Below are positions 11,346-24,100 of a stretch of DNA of 64,000 bases, piece after piece. The DNA lies in assembly GCF_000150275.1 (NCBI RefSeq), contig NW_002060960.1:696469-760468 (forward strand), written 5' to 3'. The first letter of the stretch is position 1. Every line of letters starts with the position of its first letter. The position numbers and the translations under genes were made by a program. This DNA is from Trichoplax adhaerens. Taxonomy: Eukaryota > Animalia > Placozoa. The notes beneath the pieces are model-generated. The model saw nothing but the letters and a program-made list of their open reading frames with translations. It ran no database searches and had not been told where the DNA came from.

Positions 11346-13004
11346 TAGGCACTACGTTAAAGCACGATGTCATCCGTTGCTATCGAGGAGATGATATGCA
11401 ATTGCAATAGGACATTCTTTAACTCAATACGTGCACTGTGGACTACTAAAAGTATCCCGTGTTTGTAATTAGATTTATCCCTTTTTGCAAGGCTAGGCGT
11501 TTCGCGCTGGCTCTGGCTCGTATCCAATAGCTATTATGCATTATATGATTTTCTAGATAGCAGTTTTTATTTTTAATTAAAACCTGATAACTGTACTGAG
11601 TCGGTTGCTGATGTTTATATGTTGAAGAAAATGAATTATCTTCTTCTTTCGTTGACGATGGCCTTGTCTAAAGAAAGATAATTTATTTTGCACACTGCTC
11701 TACTTTTCTTAGCAGAGTGTAGTCTTAAAGGTGTCTGGAAGCCTTAAAGTTTGTAATTTGAAGGGTATCATATATAACGGCCTATTATCAGGGTTGCTGA
11801 TAACCTTGTTAGTGATGGACATGTCCATATAGAAGAAAAGAAATTAGTATACTTTGGCACGATGCAGGAATCAATGGAGTTCTGTATAATCGTATGTAAA
11901 TATTCAGTTAGCAGTATCCAATACCCTGATCAGTATTAATAAGCTTGCAGTAAAAAGCCGTTGATATACTATCGGCAGTTCAATACAGTAACATTGGCAG
12001 AACTATCTAGAAAGTATAAACATCTTTGAAGCTCGCATTCTTACGTACATACAGTATAATGTTGATGTTGTGGGGATTTTATTATGAAAATGTCCTAGTT
12101 GCCTGTTTTATTCTAGGCTTAATTATATATATATATATGAATTATGGACCTAAGAGTCCATGGCATTGATATAGAAGTAGCTCTGAGAGAGGTATTAGCA
12201 GTAAAGGTAAGGGTACACGCTTAATAATCGTGCAATTGACTGATCAGTTGTTAAAAATATTCACATATCCGTATGATATACTTCTGAGGAATGCAACCAA
12301 ATATGCTGATCAAGCATTGACTAGTATTCATGTACAATATACACGTATCTGATCATAAAATTATGTGTCATTGACTGTTATTCCTAGCAATCATTTAAAG
12401 ATACTGTACTGTAAGTTTACAAGGAGGAAAAATGATTAAGTATCTTGTTATTCGATATAGATGGTGGCTATTAACCGCTTTAGTTGAGTGGATTGATTTT
12501 TGTTGAGTACATTTTATTGGATAGGATAATAAGAAAATAAACAATGGTAAAAACAGCAAATTAATAATATGGTACAAAAGGATAAATTTAATTTAACCCA
12601 GCTGGTATTTTCACGAATAATAACATCTCTATTACATATAACCTCTTTAAATTCATTTCGTAAAGTTATGCCAGTATATAGTTTAGGTAGATTCTTTCAA
12701 TTAGAGCCCATCTAATCGATAGTTTAGTTTAGTTATATATTAATGCTATATTTAGTTACCGTAAACGACAGTGAAGTATGATCTATAATAAGAATTTAAT
12801 AGCATAGATTATTTTTGTTTGATATTGTAATAAACTACAGATAGAAATCATGAGCGGCTTATTCATAGTACAAATCTCACATTAACACCTGTAAGCTGTA
12901 GCAAATACTATCGAGTATGATTAGTTTTAAGTTATTAACATTACGCTCGCGTGCATTAAAATGCGCACAAAAATGCGCAATTGACTCTAAATTCATTAAT
13001 GATT

Positions 13005-16000
13005 TTAAACTGTGGTTATCACAACTTCGACAATTTCTTTTCCATCATGAATCGAAAGACTGTTCAGTTTTACATTACCAGATTGTTTCGTTTCACGAGC
13101 AGAATAGCGATCACTTGAGCGATCGGCAAGACCTCGAGTTGCTTTAATTTGACGTGAAAATCTGTAAGGCAAATACAGCTTTAATTGGTCATATCTACTA
13201 CTTGTAAAAATACATGTTGTAGTATCCTTGTTATAGTAATTCCGCTACCGTTTCTTCTGTTATAAATTACCTTTTCAACCATAACGACGAAGCCACCACC
13301 GATACCGACGATGCAGCCATAGCAGCGCTTGCCATCCACGGTTGTAGAATTACGCCTAAAGGTTGAAGAAAACCCGCCGCAATGGGAATTCCAATCATGT
13401 TATAAATAATTGCATAGAAGAAATTATATCGAATTCGAGAAATAGTTGCTCGTGATAACTGAATTGCAGCAACGACATCTAGCAAATTATCCTAATTTCA
13501 ATAATAAAATTAGGAGATGTTATGTCTTGAATTTCATTGTATTATTTCAGGAAAAGGTTTGTTAGAGAAATCATGAAATATATTGAATTAATCGATACCT
13601 TTACTAGTATGATGTCAGCTGCCTCAATTGCTACCTCAGTTCCAGATCCAATAGCAATTCCAACATCAGCTTGAGTTAGGGCGGGTGAATCATTAATTCC
13701 ATCTCCAACCATCGCTACTGCTTCATTACTATCTTCCTGAATCTCCTTTACGTGTTCTATTTTTTGTTCAGGTAATACCTCAGCATAGACATCAACAATA
13801 TTTACCTGCTTGCAAGTAAAGTCAAATACAATGGTCTTAAAATGTAACAATTGTAATAGTTATGCTATCAATACTATCGTTTCTTTAAATCCGTGATTGC
13901 TACAAAACAATATATCATATTGCAAAATGTAAGGCAAGATATCTAAAACGTACTTCTTCTGCAATTGCCTTAGCAGTTCTGATATTGTCACCGGTCAACA
14001 TGACAACTTTTAGTCCCATCTCGCGTAGCTTATTAACAGCAATTTTTGCGTCATCTTTAACGGTATCAGCAATAGCAATGATACCTATTACCATGCCTAG
14101 ATGCAATTTAGAACACAATTTCACTTAGTAAATTATTCACTAATTTTATATTCTAAATTTTAAATATATGAATAATTACTGACTATTCATCGCAACTATA
14201 ACAGCCGTTCTCCCGAGAATTTCCTGAGATATTAATTGATTATCAATAGCACTATTTATATTGATGTTATTTTCTGCCATCCATCTTCTATTGCCAATTA
14301 AAATTTCATAATTGTCATCCGCTTTTGATTTTGATCCAGGATCTATGTTATTTTAAGATTACAACCGGTTTAACTTAGAAAGCAATAGATTATACGTATA
14401 ATTATGACCAAATTACTTGTTCAAATTTACTTTTACTATAAATTGCAGGTAACTTGCAGCCAGAATAGTAATGCTAAAAGGAAACTTACCAATAAATTGT
14501 TCTATGTTTGATACACGGCATTTTAGTCCAAATCCAGGTGCAACAATAAAATCGCTGCACTGTCCTAAGATCTCGCGATTGAATATCTTCAAAAAGCAAC
14601 GGTGAGCATGAGCACAAGATCTAAGTGTGTAATGAACTTTATTACAAATAATTTTTTCCAAACGTCGATGGTTCTAACCTCTTTTGCGTATGCATATATG
14701 GCTTGGCCAATTGGATGTTCACTATTGGATTCTGCACTTCCAGCAAGAGCAATTAATAACTTTTCTGAAGAAATACCACGTCTTACTTGCTCGCTTGCAG
14801 AAACCATTACGACCTTTGGCTTGCCATGAGTTAATGTTCCAGTTTTATCAAATACTACAGTTCGAATCTACAAAGGATAATAAGTAAATTGAATCATATC
14901 GATACCTAAATGTATTAGTAAAAATATTGTCTATAAGGATTTCTACTACATACTCGATGAGCAATTTCTAATGGCTTTCCACCTTTGATTAAGATACCAA
15001 ATTTTGCCCCCAATCCTGTACCCACTTTGATTGCGGTAGGAGTCGCTAATCCAAGTGCACAAGGACAAGCAATCGCTAAAACTGATATACTGCATAAGAA
15101 TGAAAATTGGAATACAGCTTCGCTGCGGCTGCCGTTTACATTCTGTTAATAAAGGGAAAAATTTTACTATAAAATTGATTAAATTTGGATCTAAGCAAGG
15201 AAAGTGTACAACTGCAGTGTTAAATATAAACTGGTTTAATTGCATAACACTTACGTATGTGGGTGATAAATCTAAATAAGACAAAATTTAAACTTACATG
15301 GCCCCTGAATGTATCACCAATAAATAAATCTATATTACTGTAGCCAATTATGATCCACACGAGAAGTGTCAACGAAGAAAGTACCAGAATACCTGGAACA
15401 AAATAACTAGCAATTTGATCGGCGAGCATTTGCATTGGGGCCTAAATTGAAATATAAAACAATATTTATTTTTATCTTTAGAATGCATATGGTATAAAAC
15501 TAGCGTAGTCATCACATACCTTTGAGCTTTCTGCATCCTCTATCATTTGAATGATACGAGACAATGTGGTGCCTGATCCTACACGCGAAGCTTTCATAAC
15601 TAAATGCCCTGTTTGATTAATAGTGCCGCCAGTTAATTCGTCACCAGGAGTTTTATATACTGGTAGAGATTCTCCAGTTATTAGCGACTCGTCTACGCTT
15701 GATGATCCTCGAGTTACTTTGCCATCAACAGGTATTGTAGCTCCTGGTAATACTTTTAACAGATCGTTAACTTGTACTAATTCGACACTAATGACATTTT
15801 CCCTATAAGCGAAATAAAAATTTCGAATGCGAGAATCAACCATATGATAACTATAAGCATAATTTTTAAGGATTCACACCGGGATTCTTTCAAACTGCAT
15901 GATGTCTCAAGTGTAACAGTTTAACATTTCCTGTCAGTAAGGCCTGTAATTATGACTTACGATATAACATTATTATTATTGTCTTCTTCGATTAACGTTG

Positions 16001-18032
16001 CATCAGCCGGTTGCATAGATAGTAGTTCATGTATTGCATCTCCGGTTTTCCTCTAGTAACAGTTTTTTCAGAATTGATTGCTTACAACGCTACTCATAGT
16101 ATTGCAAAATCAAGCATAATATTTTATTTAGATATCGTACCATAGCCAAGTTCTCAAGCCACTTTCCTAAGGCAATAAATGTAATTAGCATAGGAGGAGT
16201 CTCAAAAAATGTTCTGGGACTTGTTGTTGCATTGTTCGCCATAGCGACAAGGAGTATGCTTATCTTTAATTTACAGTCATCGTAATATACATTGAATGAT
16301 GAAGATTAAAGAAATAATTTTTAATGCAAATTCAATTGCGCTTTATATTTTATTTTAATTGACTGTAATAAGAAATACACAATAATAGTATTGGTGATAA
16401 AAAGATAGAAAATTATTGCAGTTCTACTTACAGAATATACATAAGCGATACTAGTTGCCATTGCAATCAAAACACTCATATTCGTCGTTTTATTCTTCAT
16501 GGCTTTCCATGATAAGATATAGAACTGTTTACCACTAACAAACTAAAGATTAACGAAAAATCGCATCCATTTTAATTTAAGACGGAAACACAAAGAAGAA
16601 CTAATTTCAATTTCCTGATACTTATAAGTAAGATACATTTCATATCATTACTTACATATCTATATAATACAATGTTTTACGCAATAAAATCGAACAGATT
16701 CAATATACTTCTTAAGGTAGAGTTAATACCGCGTACTTACTGACCTGCACTGGAGTACACAATAAAAATAATAACAAATTTTCTAATGAAAGTCCAGGCA
16801 CAATCATGATTTCGTGTTTCTTTCCCAGAATCATAAAAGTTATCATTATTATCATAACCGGTAATCCAAAACTAAATGCTACTAGAAATGAATTCCTCCA
16901 TCTATAATTGATTGAATGATTGATTTAAAACAAATTTCCGTGGTTAAATGGCATAAATTCAAGTTATAATCCTATTTGACATTACTAGGAATATTATTAA
17001 CTCACTTCTTGACAGCTACAGTATAATCGACCGATTTTTGACGATATGACGTCTGTACTAAAGTTGGCTCTATACCATTGATCTATATTTCAATAAGGCA
17101 CATGGATTGTTCGAGACGTTAATAAAATACATCAGTATACGCATATAATGTATTTGGCGTAGTATATGATACAGACCTTCAATTGCTCAACAATAAATCT
17201 CAGTCCGGTTTGATTAGGCTCATACTGAACAGTACAACGGTTACTATTCGGTGATAGCTTGGCAGTGATTACGCCGGGCAGTTCTGTCAAAGTCTTTTCA
17301 ACATCGATCGTTTGTGATTTCTTACCAGTAATCTACAGCATATGACCAAAAAATGACATATTGAAGTTGTACATTTTTCAAAGCTCCATCAATCCATAGA
17401 AACATGTTGTTTGCGAAATTTTATTCTGGCGACGAGATTACATATAGAATACCTGTAATTCAGCATATTGATAATTATCGAAAATTTCTTTAACTTCTAC
17501 ATCAAAACCAAGCTTTTCGACTTGTTTTGCAATCTCAACGTTGGTTATTTTGGTTTCATCAAATTCTACAACACCTTTCTTGGACAATAGTGTAACAGCA
17601 GTTGAATGAACACCTTGATGATGAGAGAATCATGAGATAATGTTATGTTGTTTTCGGTTCAGATGATTGTTACATATTACAGTGCTAAATCAACATCAGC
17701 GTCACAAGTTAAAACAACACCATAATGTTTTATTTTGCGTATCAGCCGTTGTAATATTGACTATTGATTCCCTTAAGATCGACTTCAATTGCATCAAAAG
17801 TTAATTTAACAACAATTTAAGGCGGTCACTTACCATCTAATTTATTGACTTGATTTTCAATCTTGGCTACACAAGAGGCACAAGACATGCCCTCTATGTA
17901 CAGTTGTACTTTTTTCAATTCTTTTTTTCTTTCGGCTTGGCGTTGAGCGATGGGATCATCATGACTAATAAGTTTGTTACTCTTATTATCCTGAATGACC
18001 ATTTCCACTCTTTTTTTGCTGTTGGCATTCAT
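13005..18032 (-). CDS. ATP7: Copper-transporting P1B-1 ATPase (ATP7A/ATP7B family), multi-exon
   Basis: HMA motif GMSCASC, A-domain TGES, TM CPC ([14 protein letters not shown], ~15060), phosphorylation motif DKTGT (~14840), [21 protein letters not shown], and the Cu+ ligands YN ([13 protein letters not shown]) and MAASS. Last exon ends ...EVVITTV* with TAA at 13005-13007. The start at 18032 is likely but not certain. Confidence 0.95.
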
Positions 18033-18634
18033 ATTTAATTTGCCTATACGTGCATGTAAAAGTAACTCGTATTACAATTTATTGAGATGTAAGGGCTGAG
18101 TAGATCCGCTGTAATGTTGTTACCTGGTGAACGCCTTGACGATCGCTGTACAGTATTTGGACAGAGTCAAAAATTCCAAGCCGTCGTAACGGCTAAGCTA
18201 GCGGAAGCAATAAGTTACGCACCAGCTGGGACTTGAGGCACTTGTATAGAGTGGGAAATTGGCAATGGATAGAATTTCATGGAATGTGCCCACTTTGTCC
18301 AATCTTCTAGCTAATCAGCACTTTACCGGTGCAGTCAAATCGCAATGAGTACAGTAACAATATTCAAGATGTTTTGCGCGATGGTGTTAAGTTGGAAACT
18401 GCGGACGGCTGGAAGTTTGGAACAGCCTGGAACACTGTCCAGCTATCGTTGTTTGGATAATTGCAGCTGCGCGTTGAGCTAGGAACTTTCGAAGAGAGAA
18501 TTTCCATGTAGAAAAGTTCCTGGTTGAGCTGACAGCAACTACTCCAAGTACTAGTGAAAGTCGGTGGTACAGTATGGTATTTCTACAGACTCGTCTGACG
18601 ATAACATAAAAGACGGACGTGCCATGCATGTTAT

Positions 18635-19609
18635 ACTGTAAATGGCTGTACTAAAGAGATTCACTAATTTTTTTTACCATCAATCGCTCTGATCCAGCAA
18701 GTAAGCCATTGATCTCGATAGCTATAGCGGGGTATACTGTAACCCATAGAGATCACTTATTTTTTTGACCATCAATTGCTCTGATCTAGCAAATAAGCCA
18801 TTGATCTCGATGGCTATCACGGGGTATACTGTAACCCATAGAGATTACTTATTTTTTTGACCATCAATCGCTGTGATCCAGCAAATAAGCCATCGATCTC
18901 GACGGCTATAACGGGGTATTCTGTAACCCATAGAGATCACTTATTGACTGTATATGGCTGTATTAAAGAGATTCACTTATTTTTTTTTACTATCAATCGC
19001 TCTGATCCAGCAAATAAGCCATTGATCTCGATGGCTATAACGGGATATACTGTAACCCATAGAGATTACTTATTTTTTTTTACCATCAATCGCTCTGATC
19101 TAGCAAATAAGCCATTGATCTCGATGGCTATCACGGGGTATACTGTAACCCATAGAGATTACTTATTTTTTTGACCATCAATCGCTGTGATCCAGCAAAT
19201 AAGCCATCGATCTCGACGGCTATAACGGGGTATACTGTAACCCATAGAGATCACTTATTGACTGTATATGGCTGTATTAAAGAGATTCACTTATTTTTTT
19301 AGCATCATTCGCTCAGATCCAGCAAATAAGCCATCGATCTCGATGGCTATAACGGGGTATACTGTAAGCCATAGAGATATAGGTTTTCTTCTATGCATGT
19401 CCTTCCGTCTTTCTTTTATTAAAGCGTGCCCTGGTAGAAGACATGCTTGAAGAGATTTACTTATTTTGTAGCATCAGTCACGCTGATCTAGCAAATCAGC
19501 CATCGATCTCGATGGCTATAACGGGGTATACTGTAAGCCATCGACATACAGGTTTTCTTCTATGTATGTCCTTTCATGTTTCTTTTATGAAATCGTGTCG
19601 TGGTAGAAG
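18635..19609. repeat. Tandem array of eight ~92-bp hairpin-containing units with a 313-bp higher-order repeat
   Basis: Units start at 18676, 18768, 18860, 18989, 19082, 19174, 19301 and 19470. Consensus ACCATCAATCGCTCTGATCCAGCAAATAAGCCATYGATCTCGATGGCTATAACGGGGTATACTGTAACCCATAGAGATYACTTA(T)n. A ~40-bp linker precedes units 1, 4 and 7. Confidence 0.95.
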
Positions 19610-20196
19610 CTATACAATACTCTACATTACTGTAGGTAGAAGGAAGAGATTGTACACTAGGGCGCGCTAGTTCCCCCAAACGTTGTAGCAGAAGTCGAGT
19701 TTGATCAACGTATGGTCTACTGTACAGTGTAGAAATTCCACTCTGATTTTTCAAAATGAAATGAAAATGCCCAAAGTTTATGGATTTTTATTTGATTTTG
19801 ATATGAATCGGTAGCATTTAAAGGAGTCGTTTCCAATCGGCAGTTGTATTTGTATTTTATGTAGCATCCACTGCAAAATATGTCCAAAATGGTCCATTTT
19901 GCAACAGTATGTACGCATCTAATTTGAAAGGATTTTTCTGCCATCATGAGCACTCAAAGTATGCGCCGATTTTCTGGAAAGCATTTCTACACGCTCAGTG
20001 TGCTTGATTTGTTTTCAGAATCTTGTTCATAAAATGAACAAGATTGCATTATTCAATTAAGTAATAGTCCCATTGAATATTATTGGTATCGGTAGGCAAT
20101 GGTTTTACATAGTGATATGGAATTGAGAGGTCTTGATATTATTTATTATTAATTAATTATTATTTACAGCATAGCACCTTGAGACGGATTTGGCCA

Positions 20197-21059
20197 TTAC
20201 AGTACAGTACAGTACTGTGCACTGACTGTACAGTACAGTACGTGTGTACAGTACAGTACAGTATAGTACTGTACAGTATCTGACGGTATACAGTACAGTA
20301 CTGTACAGTACAGTGCATGTACATGTACTGTACTGTACTGTACTGTAGCGGTACAGTGTACTGTACTGTACTGTGCGGTACTTTCTACTGTACTGTACAA
20401 TAGTGTACAGTGTACAGTGTACAGTACAGTACAGTAGAACCCAACCCTAGCCTGTGACGCAAACGAACCACGGACGGTATCCCTTGGCAATCAATGTACA
20501 GTACTGTACTGTACAGTGTACAGTGTACAGTGTACAGTACTGTAGAACCCAACCCAAGCCTGTGACGAAGACGAACCACGGACGGTATCCCTTGGCAATC
20601 AATGTACTGTACAGTACTGTACTGTACTGTACTGTAGCTGTACAGTGTACTGTACTGTACTGTGCGGTACTTTCTACTGTACTGTACTGTACAATAGTGT
20701 ACAGTGTACAGTGTACAGTACAGTACAGTAGAACCCAACCCAAGCCTGTGACGCAAACGAACCACGGACGGTATCCCTTGGCAATCAATGTACTGTACTG
20801 TACAGTGTACAGTGTACAGTGTACAGTACTGTAGAACCCAACCCAAGCCTGTGACGCAAACGAACCACGGACGGTATCCCTTGGCAATCAATGTACAGTA
20901 CAGTACTGTACTGTACAGTGTACAGTGTACAGTACTGTACTGTAGAACCCAACCCAAGCCTGTGACGAAGACGAACCACGGACGGTATCCCTTGGCAATC
21001 AATGTACAGTACTGTACTGTACAGTGTACAGTGTACAGTGTACAGTAGAACCCCAGCCC
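20197..21059. repeat. Compound satellite: ACAGT/ACTGT/ACAGTGT microsatellite interspersed with a constant 64-bp core
   Basis: Core GTAGAACCCAACCCAAGCCTGTGACG(CAA/AAG)ACGAACCACGGACGGTATCCCTTGGCAATCAATGT at 20434, 20542, 20728, 20831 and 20942, plus a partial copy at 21045 that runs into the assembly gap. Confidence 0.95.
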
Positions 21060-21109
21060 NNNNNNNNNNNNNNNNNNNNNNNNNNNNNNNNNNNNNNNNN
21101 NNNNNNNNN
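21060..21109. other. Assembly gap (50 N)
   Basis: Run of N. The satellite enters on the left and ABCA coding sequence exits on the right. Confidence 1.
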
Positions 21110-24100
21110 AGGACGCATCCATGCCAAGGATGTTTTTGCAGCGGTCATTTTCAATGTTTACAGTACTGCAAATACATCGTATACAATTCGTATGCCTGAT
21201 GGGGCTATTCCTGCATCCACAAGTTTAATCCTTCGAGACAACTACTTCAGTAAGATGAATCACTTGTACAGTTCAATTTTCACCTTGTTGATTGATTTGC
21301 ATTGTCTTCCATCTTTCCATAATTTGTCAATGGTCAATCAATCGCATTCATCGTGATGCATTTCATCATCCAATATCAAAATTCAATGTTGAAATTTCCA
21401 TTGCTCAATTACCTATCTACTCAGTTTAATCAATAATTTAGTCTTGAATGAATCGATAGAAAAAGTTCATTCAATAGTACGGTGATGCGACTGTAGTGAG
21501 CGACAAGCGTTTGGACTTGAGTAGACAAGTGCAATTCTTGTTCAAGCAACGATTTAATAAACTGTCAATTTTATTCAACTCAAGAACTGCATGATAAATT
21601 GTTAGCTATCCCAGTTTTTATCACCAAGTACTTGCTACCATGATCATACAAAAAGGTTTTCAATTTGAAAAGAATCAATCTAACGTTCAAATGGGCTAAA
21701 CTTCAAATTTTTTTTGTACTTAGTTTCATTTTGCCGGCGCAACTTAACTGAGAAATATCCATCGATTGCCTGTCCAGTCAATGGTTATTTAAGTTCTGGA
21801 TTTGCTTTGTTACAGAATGCTATCGACCGTGCTATTACACAAGTAAGTCAAGCATTACACAACATATTCGTACGATATTGTGCATGACTACATCGATTAC
21901 ACTTCACGGAAACAGCAGAAAAATTGGACTTGAGTTAGTTTAGCCATGCCCAATGGATCACTTGTACTATGCGCTGATAGACTCTTCAGATACGACATCG
22001 CATTTGAATTCATTTTGCTATCGTCACTCTAATAACTAAATGTATACCCATAGGAAGCCTTACGAATTAGGAACTTTCTGCTTAACTGCCTATGTTCCCA
22101 TTTTTCTTTTTGCTACTATTTGATTTTGTCTTCATTTCACTTCCTTCGACAGTTTCCACCTTTATTTTCACGCTTAATCTAATTGATAAACAACATTGAA
22201 AGTGAACTGGTGTAATATAAATCATAGATAATGAGAGCATTGTTTATATAGCAAGTTCATGCTTGAGTTTTATGGTAGTCTGGTAGGTAAAACAAGGACT
22301 GTCAACGTTTTGTAGTGATGATGGCGTTACTTTTTACCTTGCAATGCAACAACAAGTGCAGTGGATGTAAAAAATGATTGCATTACTTAATTTCATAAAA
22401 TGTTTGTTCTTTCATTCTATAGATAGCTGCTGGTATCCCAGATTCATTCCCAGAATCAAAATTTCAATTTCAGTTAATGCCAAAAGGCAGTTTTACGTCT
22501 GGAATTGGGTATCTACAAATTTTTATATCCATCTATTATGTTATGGCATATTCTCCATTTGTCAACTTTTTACTAGTTGGGCTAGTAACAGAGAAAGAGA
22601 AGAAGATTAAAGAGGGAATGAAAATGATGGGATTACGTACTACTGCCTTTTGGCTTTCCTGGTTTATAACTTATGCCTTAACTATATTGGTTACTACCAT
22701 TGTTGTCACCATTATTTCTTCAGTTGCCAATCTTTATAAACTTGCCAATCCATTCATTATTTTTCTCCTCATATTCTTATATGGTTTATCAATTATCACT
22801 TTCTCCTTTATGCTTACACCATTATTCAACAAAGCTACAGTTGCAGGAGGTATTGGCTCTCTAGCAACTATAGCATTTACAGCCTTGTACTTTCCGATTA
22901 CGTTATTGCCAACTACTCCAGTAGCAAAATGGCTTCTTTCATTGCTATCGCCTGTTGCTTTAGCATTAAGTCTAAGTCAGGTCAGTGATTTCTACTCAAT
23001 CTCGCGTAGTATGATACGCATCAAAGAATAGAATAGCCCTGTATAGTATCTCGCTAAAGGTCAAGTATGCATAAACTAACAAAATTGTTTATCACCGACA
23101 TGATTATTTGTTAGGCAATCGCATTAGAAACTACAGTGGGTGTCCAATTTAACAATTTATGGGTTGGAGAATTTCCTATCGGTGGTGGTCTTCTGATGCT
23201 GGGCATAGATATTTTTCTGTATTTACTCTTAGCAATTTACTTCGATATGATCGTGCCTAAAGAATATGGTCAAACGTATCATCCACTATTTTGCTTTTCT
23301 CCATCATTTTGGAGCGGAAACACAACTACTCCTGGAGTAGCTGTTACTGAGTCATCAAACATTAGTAAAAATGCTGATGTTGAAGATATATCTGCCGATT
23401 ATCGTGGCAAAGAAGCAATAAGGTAGTTTCGTAAATTAGATTTTTTTCTACATGCTGATATAACAAATTATCGTTGTAACATGTAGACACAAATCTTTAA
23501 CTTTATCAGGATTACTGGAATTACGAAAACATTCATCGATTCTTCCTCGAAAAATAAGAAAGCTTTTAATGCCGTTGATAGTATGTTAAACTTAGAATAC
23601 TAATAGATCATGAAATCGATTATTGCAAAATTAGTATTTAGAATGGGGACGAATACTGTACAACTGAATGACTCAATGTTTGAAAATTATAGATTTCCAT
23701 CTGGATGTTTATGAGGGACAAATAACAGCTTTACTAGGACATAATGGTGCTGGAAAAACTACCCTTATTGCTGCTTTAACTGGCTTACTGCCAACAACCA
23801 GTGGAACAGCGCATATATATGACTATGATATAAACAAGCCTGAAGAAATGATGAAAATAAGAGAGATTACTGGTAACTGATACATTGATTACGTCATAAT
23901 TGAGTCGATATGAAGTTCTCATAAATGACATAATAACCTAATCATTATAACAATTATCTCTTATAAGTCTTACTAACCGCTATCAAAGAGCTAATCCATC
24001 AAAATAAATAAATACGTCTACTTTTATTCACGCCACTTATAAAGGTGTTTGCCCACAACAAGATATTCTATTCGATACCTTATCGGTTAGAGAGCATCTG

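Noticed and set aside
18857-19670. Repetitive ORFs (TINRSDPANKP...)
   Set aside because: The unit length of 92-93 bp with variable T runs does not preserve frame. These are by-products of the tandem array.
18676-21005. Hammerhead ribozyme or tRNA identity for either repeat unit
   Set aside because: No CTGANGA...GAAA core found. The GGTTCG on the minus strand of the 64-bp core lacks a properly spaced A box and the rest of the B box.
20434-21059. CRISPR array
   Set aside because: The repeat-spacer layout is superficially similar, but the repeats are 64 bp, the spacers are low-complexity microsatellite of very unequal length, there are no cas genes and the context is an intron-rich eukaryote.
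20197-21199. Cys/Tyr/Thr/Val-rich ORFs on both strands
   Set aside because: Translations of a stop-poor satellite, and some run through the N gap.
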